Positions 1 through 33,100 of a stretch of 64,000 bases of DNA are shown in pieces (within the stretch, counting starts at the first letter, position 1; each line of letters begins with the position of its first letter). This DNA comes from Camelus dromedarius (taxonomy: Eukaryota). The stretch is from contig NC_087437.1 of NCBI RefSeq assembly GCF_036321535.1, forward strand, positions 14,944,001-15,008,000. Reading direction: 5' to 3'. Made by a program: the position numbers and the translations under genes. The notes under the pieces are model-generated. The model ran no database searches, was not told the origin of the DNA, and was given only the letters and a program-made list of their open reading frames with translations.

Positions 1-1300
1 TTTTACATGGTAAATTTAGACCAATAATAATCATTATCATTGATAAATTTTGACTTATTTCTGCCATATTACTTTTTCATTTCTCTTAGTCCTGCTTGCC
101 CCCTAATTTCTGATTTTTCCTTTTCTGATTTTTAAAAATTGAGTTTGTACATGTGTGTGTTCATTTAGATTGTTTTCCCTTTATTCCTCTTTTCCCCCAC
201 TGGTAGTAAACTTAAATGATTTATTTATATTCTTTAATGATTTCCTTTCAATTTTTATTGTATAATTTTAGCTTAACAAATTTTACAGTAAAATAATCCT
301 GAGTCCCCTTCTGAAACAATAAAAAAACTGAAATACAGTAACTCAGACTTCCTTCTCCCCTGATTAGATATTACTATTTGATATTTTATGTCTATCTTTT
401 CTTAACCCTGGAATGTAGACATTTCATGTATTTGTAGACAGTATATATAAATACTATACAAATATGTGTGTGTGTACATACCCAAAAATTCAGAAAGAGG
501 GAGGGAGGAGAGAGAGAGAGAGAGATTTGGATTTACCTAACGTTTTTGCCATTTGATCTGCTTACCATTTCTTCTTATATTTCAGACCATCCTTCTGGAA
601 TATGTTTTCTTCTTGAAATATGTTCCTTTGGTGCCATTTTAGAGTCAGTCTCTTGGTGTTAAACTCTCTCTGTTGTTTGCTTGTTTGTTTTGTCTGCAAA
701 TGCTTTAATCGTCCCCTTATTCTTGAATGATAATTTTTCTGAATGTATAATTTTAGTTTGACATTTTTATACTGTTTTAAAATATTATTCCACTGTGTCC
801 TGATTTTCATTGCAGTCATTGAAAAGTCTGGTGTTAACCTGTCATTCCTTCAATCATCTTCTCTCAGGATAACTCTGAGATTTCATGCCCTTGGTCTAGG
901 ATGCTCCATATATTCACTATGATATTTCCAGTTATGAAATCTTAGTACTTATCTTGCTCAGAATATCCTAGATCTTTGGAGTTATGGTTTTCATCGGTCC
1001 TGGAAAATTTGCAGCATTATCTCTTTAAATACTGCCCTTTCTTCAGTTCTTTTTTAATGCTAGGATCCCAAGAAGACACATGTTAGGCCTTCTTTAATCT
1101 AGCTTCCATATTTTTTAACCCCTCTTTCATAGCTTCTGTCTCTGCACCTCTTTTTAGCAGCATCCAGGATAAATTCTTCAGATATCGCTTCCGGTTCCCT
1201 AATTCTCAATTTAACATGTCTACTCAACTTGTTGCTGATTCGTTCACTTTTTATTTCAACAGTTATATTGCTTTGCTTCTAGAAGCACCAGTTTAAACAA
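1..1300 (-). mobile_element. Old L1 (L1M-type) fragments
   Basis: T-rich plus strand with typical antisense L1 ORF1/ORF2-start remnants; minus-strand ORF 562-819 resembles a degenerate L1 ORF1 (QWNNILK). Confidence 0.55.
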
Positions 1301-1844
1301 TTTTTCTTTTTGTCCCTGATAATTTCCTTCTCTGTGCTTATCTCCATGATTGTAGCTTTCACTTTGCACATAAAGTACACACGTTGTAGCACTTGTTCGT
1401 TGCTTCTGACAATTCGAACCTCCACAATCCTTGAGGGCCCAAGTCTCTTGTTCCTGTTGATGTCCATGCATTGTGGCCTGCCTCTTTGTGGGTTTGGTTA
1501 TCTGCACCTGGGAGGTCACGTGTGATTTTAATCCTCCCCCTCCCTGCTGGTTCGGGTTCCCTTGGGAACCCCTGTTGCTCTCATGGACCCCATGAGCTGG
1601 GACTTGGCTTGTTGGTTCCGGAGCCCCTGAGGCCCCAGTGAATCTTGCCCAGATTCCTGGTGTCTGGACCAAGAAAGCCCCAACCTCACTGCTCTAGAAA
1701 AAGCTCTTGTTTGTTTACTAATTTCCTTTTGGGGTGGGTGAGGAGAGCCTCTGGAGATTTCACCTACCTTTTGAGATATCAAGAAAGCCACAAAGATTTT
1801 GTCATATACGGAGTCTAGTTGTGGAATAAGAGAGTCCTTCACCA

Positions 1845-1930
1845 GTTGTGAATGTTTTCAATGGCACTGAAATGTACACTTAAAAATTATTAAATGGTAG
1901 ATTTTATGTTATATGCTTTATTACAACAAA
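1845..1930 (+). mobile_element. L1 3'-end fragment
   Basis: gtgaatg...cactgaaatgtacacttaaaaa...aaatggtagattttatgttatatg followed by an A-rich tail. Confidence 0.6.
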
Positions 1931-2394
1931 ACAACAAAAACAATTTCAACCATTGAAAGAAAAGTTTCAGCTAGACAAATATATTGTTTGGCTTACATTA
2001 TTATTTTATTTCATTTAGAAATAGTATTGTTTTATTACTTATCTGTAACAGGACACAAATCATGGAGCTATAGTTTCTGCCTTGTAATTTAAATCAGTAA
2101 GAACTATTTATGGAGTACCAGCAAAGGCTTCAAGAAAATCATTCTGATTAAAGATACTCGAAGCAAGAAAAAAGGCAATTAAAATATGTTATTAAGTGCC
2201 TATATAAAAGACAGTGCTAAAAAAAGGAGACAGTGCTTTCCCACTTTAAGAGAAGATAAATTCTAGACATAGTGGGAAATTATCTATAATCTTTCAAATG
2301 AACTATTGGTTTAAAGATGGGAATTAGTAGAAGCAAAAACTAAAAACAAAAACAAAAGAACCAGCAAGTAACAGTGTATTGGAAGAAATAAACC

Positions 2395-2500
2395 CACACT
2401 GCCTGGATTCAAACCCCAGCTCCATGACTTACTAGCCCTGTGGCCAGGGGAAGTGACTTAAACTTTCTGTGCCTCTATTTTTGTATGTGTAAAATGCAGC
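2395..2500 (+). mobile_element. MIR SINE fragment
   Basis: cctggattcaaaccccagctcc...acttactagc...gtgacttaaactttctgtgcctc...tgtaaaatg core. Confidence 0.75.
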
Positions 2501-3259
2501 TGAGTTGGACAGTGGCGTCTGAGTAGTTGATCAAATGAACCATCAGCCATAATAGATGTAATAATTAGCATTTAACACTCAGTTCAGAAAATAAGAAAGA
2601 AGTTAAACCCAGAGACAGCAGCAATCCCTGAACAAAAGACTCCTGCAGTTATGTGGACCCAGGGCAGGAAGGAAAAGTACTGGGTATTAAATCAGAGTAG
2701 AGAAGAGTGTTTTCAAGGCTCCCTTCCGCCATAAGGCAGTCTTGACAGAGGTACCTTAGGAAGACCTCAGCAGAAAGCCCACGATAAGGAGGTCACCAAA
2801 GGAAAGCACCTGGCTTGAAATGTAAACTTGCGTAAGAGCAGGGCCAAGGGGAGGAACCGAGACCTTGACCGCAGCCTCTCAGAGCCGGTCGTGCTTGGCC
2901 ATTGCACCCAGGCTGGTGCTGGGTGGCGGGGGGCAGGTTTCCCCAAAGAGGCCTGCTGGTAAAGCCTCTGTAATTCGGGTCAATCTTGTAAAATCACAGT
3001 AGTTTTCTGGGCCGAGAGCTGGACTCCTCACCAGCGAAAAGAGAAAAATGAGCCATTCCTTCCTCTCTGCACGAGGAGTAAAAACGTGGTGGCCAAATCC
3101 CCTTCACCAGGGAGGGAGAGTCAACTGAAGCCCGCGGTGTTGTGTGAGGTCTCGGCCCCAGATCCAGGGAGCCCCGCCAGTCACCCCCATGTGCCCAAGT
3201 ATGAGTAGGCCTTCCTCGGACGTAAGGGCCTCACTGGAGTCTGGTCTGGTCTCTTCCAG

Positions 3260-25146
<21,887 letters not shown>

Positions 25147-25281
25147 AATCCAAGAGTGGGGGCCACCACCTGCTGGAGATGGGAGCTCACATGATGCATA
25201 TGCTTCCCCCTGGTTTTGCTGGCTTGAGTGGTTTGGTTGCCTTCACAGTTTGGTGGTGGTGGCACCTCTGCAGGACAAAAA

Positions 25282-25291
25282 AATAAATAAA
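25282..25291 (+). terminator. TF polyadenylation signal (overlapping AATAAA x2)
   Basis: aataaataaa ~135 nt after the stop codon, followed by a T/GT-rich downstream element. Confidence 0.85.
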
Positions 25292-25529
25292 AATTATTAT
25301 TGGTTTTATCTTTTTAAAATTTCATTTTTTCCTAAATGTTTGGTCTGAAAGGATTTCTTTTATACCATCTGACTAAACACATGTGCAGCTAGCCCTTCCT
25401 TCAGAGCTCAAGATCCATCTGCACTTTGCCACAGCCACACCTTCTGGATACAGTCCCAGTTGCAATTCTTTCTAAAAGGGATCTGCATGGTAATTATAAT
25501 AGCATTATAGTAGAATCAATGGCACATGG

Positions 25530-25564
25530 CTGTGCGTGTGTTTGTGTGTGTGTGTGTGTGTGTT
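25530..25564. repeat. (GT)n microsatellite
   Basis: tgtgcgtgtgtttgtgtgtgtgtgtgtgtgtgtt. Confidence 0.9.
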
Positions 25565-25699
25565 GCTAGGAAGGGGCAGGAAGGAGGATGTGGGGTGAGT
25601 ATTGAGATGGGGTGCTCAAGGCAGTAGAGGAAAAGAATACAGATTTAAATATTTAAAAAATAGTTTTAATACATTTCATCAAATATACTTGAGGCCCTG

Positions 25700-26550
25700 A
25701 CCCTTAAGTCTTGGAAAAGTGAATCACTGGAAATTCTTCTTGCTAAAAATCATCCTGGACCCCGATTCCCACAGCAGCCACTGCCCCATCTCCTCCCCTT
25801 CTGAGTGGAGCTCCTGAAAGGTGGAGCCTCTTTCTGTCCACACCTCACTTGTTGTTAAAGGCTGAACACACAGAAATCAGCCTTCTGCTCTACTCACTCC
25901 CCTGCAGCTACGCTGGTCAAGGTCACCATCCACCTGCCAGCTGTGAAAACCAATTTCAGTTCTTTTATCCCGGAGTCTGTTGACACTGTTCACCCTTCCT
26001 TGGAGCTCACCCCAGCTTCGCTGACGTGGCAGCTCTCTGCTTTGGTGCCTCCCTCTCTGTCCATTTGTGGTCTTACTGTGGGTTCATCCTACCAGTTCTG
26101 GAAGTGCAGGGTAATCTTCCTGGGGTCCTTCTCTTGATCCAGTGCTCTTCTCACTCTCCAAACCCTCCCTAAGGAGTGAGAATGCCTCCTGGGCATCTAT
26201 ATCTATAGCTCTGATCCCTGCCAGAGTCCCACACTTATACCTCCTCCTTCCTGGGCATCGATACTGTAGAGTTCTCACAGTAATCCGAAGTCCAACAAAT
26301 AAAAGGCGAGGTGATCATCTTGCCTCTTCCTTCTCCTGCCTCCCTAATCCTACTGTTGTTTCCATGTGTTTCATATCAGTTAAAGACATGGTCTGCTACC
26401 CACTCACAGGAGTCGTAAACCGAGGAGTCAAATTTCAATTCGCTATTTTCCCTCATTCCACATCCAATGTCAGCAAGTGCTGTTGAATGTGCCTTCTAAA
26501 CAACTCTGCGGTTTGCCCCTTCATTCCCTAATTCCTACCACAGCCTCAGT
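25700..26550 (+). mobile_element. L2 fragments
   Basis: Pyrimidine-rich degenerate L2 ORF 3' region (catccaat..cagcaagtgctgttga..ccttctaaa). Confidence 0.45.
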
Positions 26551-26559
26551 TTACACTCA

Positions 26560-26865
26560 GGGGCAGAGCTGCAGGTAGGGGGTTTCTGGACCCAAAAGTC
26601 TACATCTCTCAAGTTTCTAGTATCCAAGGAAACAGACCGTGGGTCCACTTTGCAGTCCAGACCTGATGTTCACGTTTTCACACACAGCCCTGTTTTCCTT
26701 TGAGCCTAGCAACACTTGACTTTATGCAATATCCACCCAAACTCCATCCTCACCCTAAATTCTATGATAACTCTTTCTTTTCCTTTGTTTGGTGAGATGC
26801 CCCACCATTCCTCTGGCATGCGGTCTGTCTTACTGCAATGAGTCAACAAATCTAATTTTATCGGC
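26560..26865 (+). mobile_element. Probable ERV LTR fragment
   Basis: tatgataactctttcttttcctttgtttggtgagatg...tgcaatgagtcaacaaatctaatttt resembles the U3/R polyA region of ERV1-type LTRs. Confidence 0.35.
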
Positions 26866-27813
26866 AATGCACTGCGTACCTACTATGATCCAGGCACTGC
26901 TCTCGGGACTGTGAACACAGCAATGCATATTATAGTCTCTGAAAATAATTTCTGTTCATTTTTATTTATTCCTCCCGTTACACTGCCTTCCTGTCAGTAC
27001 ATCTGTACAGAGAAATGTCTGAAATCATGTTCACCAGACCCTATAGGTATAAAAATTAAGGTGATTTGTGGCTTTCTTCTTTGATCTTTCATTACTGCTT
27101 GAGTTTTTAATATAGTAAACATGTCTCATTTTAATTCTTTTTTTTAATGCTCTATTTTTTCAAAGAAACAGAGTTAAAGAGATAAACCAGGATAGAAGAG
27201 TCACATGATTGGTGTCCCTGAGTCTGAGATAGGCTCTGTTTTGTGATTTGGAGCTACTGGGAACAGAAGAGGGAAAATGTATCCAGTGAATGAGCCATTT
27301 TAATTAGTGGAAGAGAAGGAAAAATCATCTATGTTGGTTTTGTTGTAACTCTCCACCTGCTGTTAGAAGCAGGGAGCAGAGCACGTTCAGCCAGCAGCAG
27401 TCAGTATCTGGGAGTCCTTCTTCCACACTCATCCCCACAGAGCCCCCGGGGTGCTGTGGAGCCCTTGGGGCGGAGATGTGAGAGGACAGGAAGCCGCTGA
27501 CACCATCCTCTCCCGCTCTCCTTCCTGATCATGGTGGCACCACCTCCTCACTCGAATGTGGAAGGTGTGCACATTTCTTCTGCCTTCATAACACCCAGGA
27601 AACAAACTGAAAAAACAATATGACCCTGTCTTATCATGTCAAACCCTTCCTTCTTCATGCCCAAATTTCACTGCCAACACAGCACTTGTTCACTCACAGA
27701 GCTCTGACTACAAATCCTTATGCAGTCAGCCCAGTTACAGCAGGTGTTCTCCATGTCTGGTCCTTCCCCTCTTCCCTGCATTTTTAGTCCCTAAGAGAAG
27801 TTATAAAGGAGCT

Positions 27814-27849
27814 GTGTGTGCACGCGCGCGTGTGTGTGTGTGTGTGTGT
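27814..27849. repeat. (TG)n/(CG)n alternating purine-pyrimidine microsatellite
   Basis: gtgtgtgcacgcgcgcgtgtgtgtgtgtgtgtgtgt. Confidence 0.9.
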
Positions 27850-28089
27850 TGGGTGGGGGATACAGAGCAGGGATCAGGACCATAAGAAAGAAAAGAAATA
27901 GAATGTGGTACGATTACTGTCAGTTCTGATACTTTTAATTGATAATGCTAACTTAAAATATAGTAGGTGGTTTACTCCCTTTAACCTCACATCCTAAACA
28001 TCCTTCCCTGATCTGGAGTCCCTGTTGCCCAGCTTTATCAACAAAATGCCTGGAAAATGAATTGTGCTGTGTCAGAGCGTATAAAGGCA

Positions 28090-28245
28090 CCCAACTGCCT
28101 GGGATCACCAGGTGGGTTACTTAACCCCCATCTCAGTTTGCCTTCTGTAAAACTAGGATAGTGGGTCATTGTGAGGATTATACACATTAATAAAGTATTT
28201 AGAACAATGCCTGGAACTAGCAAGCACTCATTAACATTAGTAATT
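28090..28245 (+). mobile_element. MIR SINE
   Basis: gttacttaacc..ctcagtttgccttctgtaaaa...gtgaggatta...agaacaatgcctgg..agcaagcactca. Confidence 0.75.
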
Positions 28246-28279
28246 AGTCTCATGACCCACCCTCTTCTCCACCTCCTAC

Positions 28280-29740
28280 AGTCTTGCTTCCATAACCCCC
28301 CTCCCAATCCTCACCCTGATGTTTCCCCTGAGCCCACTTTCATTCAAGCCTCATCATCTGTTGCAGAGATGCTGCTATTTCCAGGACATATTTTACTCCT
28401 GTGTCACTGACTCTCCCTTCTTAGGCTTCTTGGTGTGGTCCCCTCTCCTCCTCACTCTTCGTGAGCTCCATGATTTAATGACCACTTGTTAACATATGAC
28501 TCTCAAGTGAAAATAGCACCTACTGCTGAAACCTCACATTCGTTCACTGTAACACCTGCTTGATATACGATTTTAGATTTCCTAGAGTTAATGGAAACTC
28601 CACATACACAAAAGAGAGGTGATTTTCATCCTTGCTCTGCTCCCAGCTCCAAAGTCTCTCTAACTGAATTCTCTAATTTATGTTAAGCACTTTGATCTTC
28701 CCAATAATGCACACCAACTGCTTCAGATGCAGTCTTGGTAACTCTCCTTCTTAACTCGGCGTATCCAGTTAATCACCAAATCCTATATATTTTCCTTCTA
28801 AATATCTCTCATAGCTGTGGCTGCCTTTCCACACTTACCTCTGTCCCTGGCTCAGCCCCTGTGCCTCATTTGTCAAAATACTGCAATAGTCTCCAGCTAG
28901 TCTCCCTGCCCCCAGTCTTTTTTCTCTCAAACCACAGCTCTCCGTTGATCTGCCAATCATCAATCTCACCTCCAACCAAAAATTCTTACTGCATTCTGGA
29001 TAAGGCCTAGGTTCCTCAGCATAGCACACATTCCCTTCAGGCCTGGTTTTTGCCAACATTTCCTGTTTCATCTTCTGCCACTTATGCTGCAAAGACACCT
29101 GTTAATGACAGAGACTGAAAACCGGCAGAGCCCCTAGGCTGGCCACTTCTGACCCGATGAGGTGTTTTATTTGGGCCACAAGTTTTTATTATTTGCTGAA
29201 ATTTGAAAAGTGGAAAATTTCCCTTAAAAACCTTTCTTTCTGGCTTATCTTGAAAAACTGAAGAACTGGCCACCGTGGTCCCACATACCTGCCTGGCAGA
29301 GTGGTGGCTGCCTCCTTTGGGCAGGAGTGCCAGCTGCAGTTTTCAATCATCCCCACCCCGCCTATGGATTTTCCTGGCTGCTTCCCTTAATGTAGGTATT
29401 TCAGTTGCAGCCCTAGATTTACAGTGTGGGGACATCGAATTGCTCACTTTCTTCTGCACAGAGCACCCTTTTTTCTGTCACGCCTGAAGAGGCTAATGGA
29501 TCCTTCTTGGCTCAGTTCCTGGCATTTTTCTCCAGGAACTGTTCTCTGAACCTACGATGGACTAAGCGTTCCTACTTGCATTCTCATATCGCTACTTAAA
29601 ATCCTCTGTCACCCCGTGCCACATTATATTCAGATGAAATGTTTGTGTAATGCTTGAGTTCCTCGTAAGACTCACCTCTCAAATGGAGCGACTGGAAATC
29701 CTCAATAAAGATTTCTTGAGTCATTCATTTTATTCACCCA
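28280..29740 (+). mobile_element. L2 fragments, interrupted by a MER102-like element
   Basis: aatcaccaaatcctatat..ttccttctaaatatctctc; actgcaatagtctccagctagtctccctgcc; ctcaataaa 3' end near 29700. Confidence 0.5.
29115..29420. mobile_element. MER102-like hAT-Charlie element
   Basis: gtgttttatttgggccaca...ttctggcttatcttgaaaaactgaagaactggcca...tcagttgcagcccta. Confidence 0.6.
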
Positions 29741-29819
29741 TCATTTTGTCAAGAACCATGAAGAGAGCGGCGACGTTTGACTCACACACCTGTGGCTGGC
29801 TGGCTGCCCAGTCTTTCGG

Positions 29820-29943
29820 CGGAAGCCCGAAGTCCAAGAGAACTACAACTCCCATCAGGACCTTCGGGATTCCGGCCTCTGAAGGAGGAAATACAATTTA
29901 GGAACTACCACTCCCGTGATGCTCCGCTGCGCACGCCTGCGCA
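29820..29943 (+). promoter_or_regulatory. Housekeeping promoter motifs: ETS core, two ZNF143/SBS-type ACTACAnnTCCC motifs, NRF1-like element
   Basis: CGGAAG 29820-29825; ACTACAACTCCCA 29842-29854; ACTACCACTCCCGTGATGC 29904-29922; TGCGCACGCCTGCGCA 29928-29943. Confidence 0.65.
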
Positions 29944-29994
29944 GAGCCCAGGGCCACGTTGCTTTCGCGGTGCCGGATACCACGCATCCCAGCC

Positions 29995-30148
29995 ATGGCT
30001 TCCGCGGACTCCCGGCGGGTGGGGGATGGCGGTGGTGCCGGGGGCACCTTCCAGCCCTACCTGGACTCCTTGCGGCAGGAGCTGCAGCAGAGGGACCCGA
30101 CGCTGCTGTCAGTCGTGGTGGCGCTCCTCGCGGTGCTGCTGACGCTAG
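29995..30148 (+). CDS. SRPRB: SRPRB coding exon 1 (154 nt)
   Basis: gccATGG Kozak; ends CTAG|gtaaag; encodes the TM anchor. Confidence 0.95.
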
Positions 30149-33100
30149 GTAAAGAGGCGGCCGATGGATGTGGCGGGTGCAGGGCGGGCGAGGATCCGGG
30201 CTAGGACTGGGCTTGTGCAGACCGCGGACGCGGGGCAGAGATGGCACCTGGGGGGCGTCTGGAGAGGGAGACCACCCCTTATACCACCCTGCTCTCCTGC
30301 CTGAAGCGGTAGAAACAGCTCTATGTTAAAGGGGATCCCCCGCGACCCCCGGAGTGACTTCCTGCTCCTTGGGTACGGGTTACTAGCCCCTGTTCCTCCT
30401 GAGCGCGATCCCCGCCCCGCACCCCCGCCTTCTATTGCTCTTACTACTAGACTTAAAGGGTCTTTGCTCCAAGTTTGAGCATTCTATGTTTGCGAGCTGG
30501 GTGCTGGGGTACGAAGTTAATAAGGCAAGACTGCGCTTGAGTAGTACACAGTTGAGGTAGGGGCTGCAGATACGGAAAAGTTGACAGTTGATAGTGGCTG
30601 ACACTCAGCGGATCTCCTAACGACTACAGCAACGATTATAATGGTGGTAATAACAGTGAAAGTAAGTTCTGGAATGAAAGAAGGGTTCTGTGGTAGACTT
30701 CTGTTAATTTCCCCGGACCCAACCGTACACGGGGATTGTTGACAATCAAGGCATAATTTTGGTTTTCTCTATTCCACAGTGTTCTGGAAGTTCATCCGGA
30801 GCAGAAGGAGCAGTCAAAGAGCCGTTCTTCTTGTTGGCCTTTGTGACTCCGGGAAAACATTGCTCTTTGTCCGAGTAAATGCTGTGATTTACACCTCTCT
30901 TAATTAAACTTGATAGGAAATTTTAGGGCATCCCATTATTCCTGGGATTTTTTTGCACTTGCCAGATACTGACATTTAGCCTTTATCCCATTTAAAGATT
31001 TTATATATTGACTACTTTCATGCTGTGGCTAAGGATGCCAGAACAGCTGAAAAGATACAAGACAGTAATTGTCACACAGTGTAAAACTCTTTTTGTGACA
31101 AACTCTTCTGAGAGTTTGTCAAAGAAACTTTTTCGAAGGGGGATTCTCAACATCTTGGGCTAATTAGGCTTATTTTCACTGATGTTTATATTTAGTCTAT
31201 TTAGCATGTTTAAATGTTTGCTTTTTTGCTACAGAGAGTAGCAGAGGTTTTCTCCTTATTACTTTTTTTAATTTTTATTTAAAAAATAGCCTTTTTTTTT
31301 GTTTTTGGGGGGGTTATTAGGTTTATTTATTTATTTTTTAATGGAAGTACTGGGGATTGAACCCAGGACCTCATGCATACTAGGCATGCACTCTACCACT
31401 GAGCTGTACCCTCCCCCATTACTCTTCTTTTTGAGAGTATAAATTATTTTCCTTCCACTAAAGAAATATAATTTCTAATCATCAAAGATGTTTAGAAATG
31501 TTAATGGAAGGTCAGTAAATTTGGCCACTAACCACTTGAAGCTGTTATTTGAAAATAATAGTGTAAAAATCATAGTTTTTTTTCCTTCTTTCATTGGGAA
31601 GAGGGGAATGAAGTTTGCAATTAATTAGATTTTTCTACAAGCAAAGGGAAGAAAATCAGTATGGTCCCTTTCAGCTGTTGCAAGCTGATCTAACTCTTAG
31701 AGTAAAAATACTTACTTTAGATTGCTATTTATGTTTACTCTGATCTCTGACATACTATTTTGTCTTTTTACAGTTGTTAACAGGCCTTTACAGAGACACT
31801 CAGACTTCCATCACTGACAGCTCTGCTGCGTACAGGGTCAACAATAACAGGGTAAGGGGTTTCGAGAATGTTGGGGGTCTGACAATTTTACTTCCTTTTG
31901 TCAGGAAAAGACATTTTTAGGATGAATTACTCTGAGGGCATAGGTACTATTTATAGCTTATTTTTATGGATAAATATAGTCCATGTGACAAATTCTGCTC
32001 TTAGCCACCCAAGCAGTAGACTTACTCCTGCCCTCCCCTGCTTTTTATCTCATGCACACTGATGTTACACTGCATTTGATTAGTTTTTGTTTCTATGTCT
32101 TCTTTCCAGCTTTACCATGAGTTCTTAAGGGTGAACATTAAGCCTTTTTCTTCTCATTTATGTTTTGAATATAAAGACTTAGAAAAGTCTAAGTCTCCTC
32201 CTTAGAAGTAATAATTCACCATTTTCTTCCTGTGTAGTCTTCCAGGTGGTCTGTGCTGTATAACTATATGTGTTTATCCTTAACTTTTTTTCTTTTTTAA
32301 CACTGTCCCCCACCCCACCCCCTTTTTTAAAAATTTAACAATATGACTGATACTGCTGATACTACTTGCGTTTGTTTTTCCTTTTTTCCCCTCCTCGTTT
32401 GCATACATAGTACTACCTGGTTGATTTATGAGCTGCCTAGTATTCCATTTTGTGGCTGTACCATACAATTAAGGTTTTATTTAATAAGAGACCTATTAAC
32501 AGACATACAGTTTTTTGTTGTTACAATCTTTTGCTTTTACAAAGTGTTACAATGGCTCTGTTAAAGAGTATACATGAGTATATTTCAAAAGTACCAATAA
32601 GGAATCATGAGAAAGGACTTTTTATGTACCTATATGTCTCCAGAATTAGACAGTGACTGCCAAGTCGATTATAATGCTTAAGAAGTATTTGGTGAGTGAG
32701 TGGAGGGAAGGTGGATGGCTGGTTGGAGTGGATGTATAGATGGGTGAATTAGAATGCTGACCATAGGAACCTTTTCCCTTTCTCCTTGGGTCCCCCTGAC
32801 TCTTCTGTTCCCTCCAGAATTAACCATTATAAGCAAAGGTAAAGAGACATTCTTTTCAATGTCTTAGAGATTTTTTTTTCTTTTTTTAATAATAGCACTC
32901 TTTATGGCTCAGACTTTTTGAAACTCCCAAGGATTCAGATTTTGAAATTTCAAGTTTGGGAGTTCTTTAATTCTTGAGGCACTTGTACCAGATTTTTCAA
33001 AGTGGGGTATTCCAGGGTATGCTTTAGACCTGTACTTTCCAATAGAGTAGCCACGGTGTGACTACTGAGCACCTGAAGTGTGACTAGTTTAAGTTGAAGG

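Larger units (their letters stand above)
29765..30440. promoter_or_regulatory. CpG island / SRPRB promoter
   Basis: Sharp rise in CpG and GC content spanning SRPRB exon 1. Confidence 0.85.

Noticed and set aside
1..3259. TF exons 1-2, promoter or 5'UTR iron-responsive element
   Set aside because: No signal-peptide or VRWC-type exon found; these lie upstream of the window
31345..31417. tRNA gene (A and B boxes)
   Set aside because: Head of a multicopy SINE with an AT-rich tail; the five copies are diverged and form no intact cloverleaf
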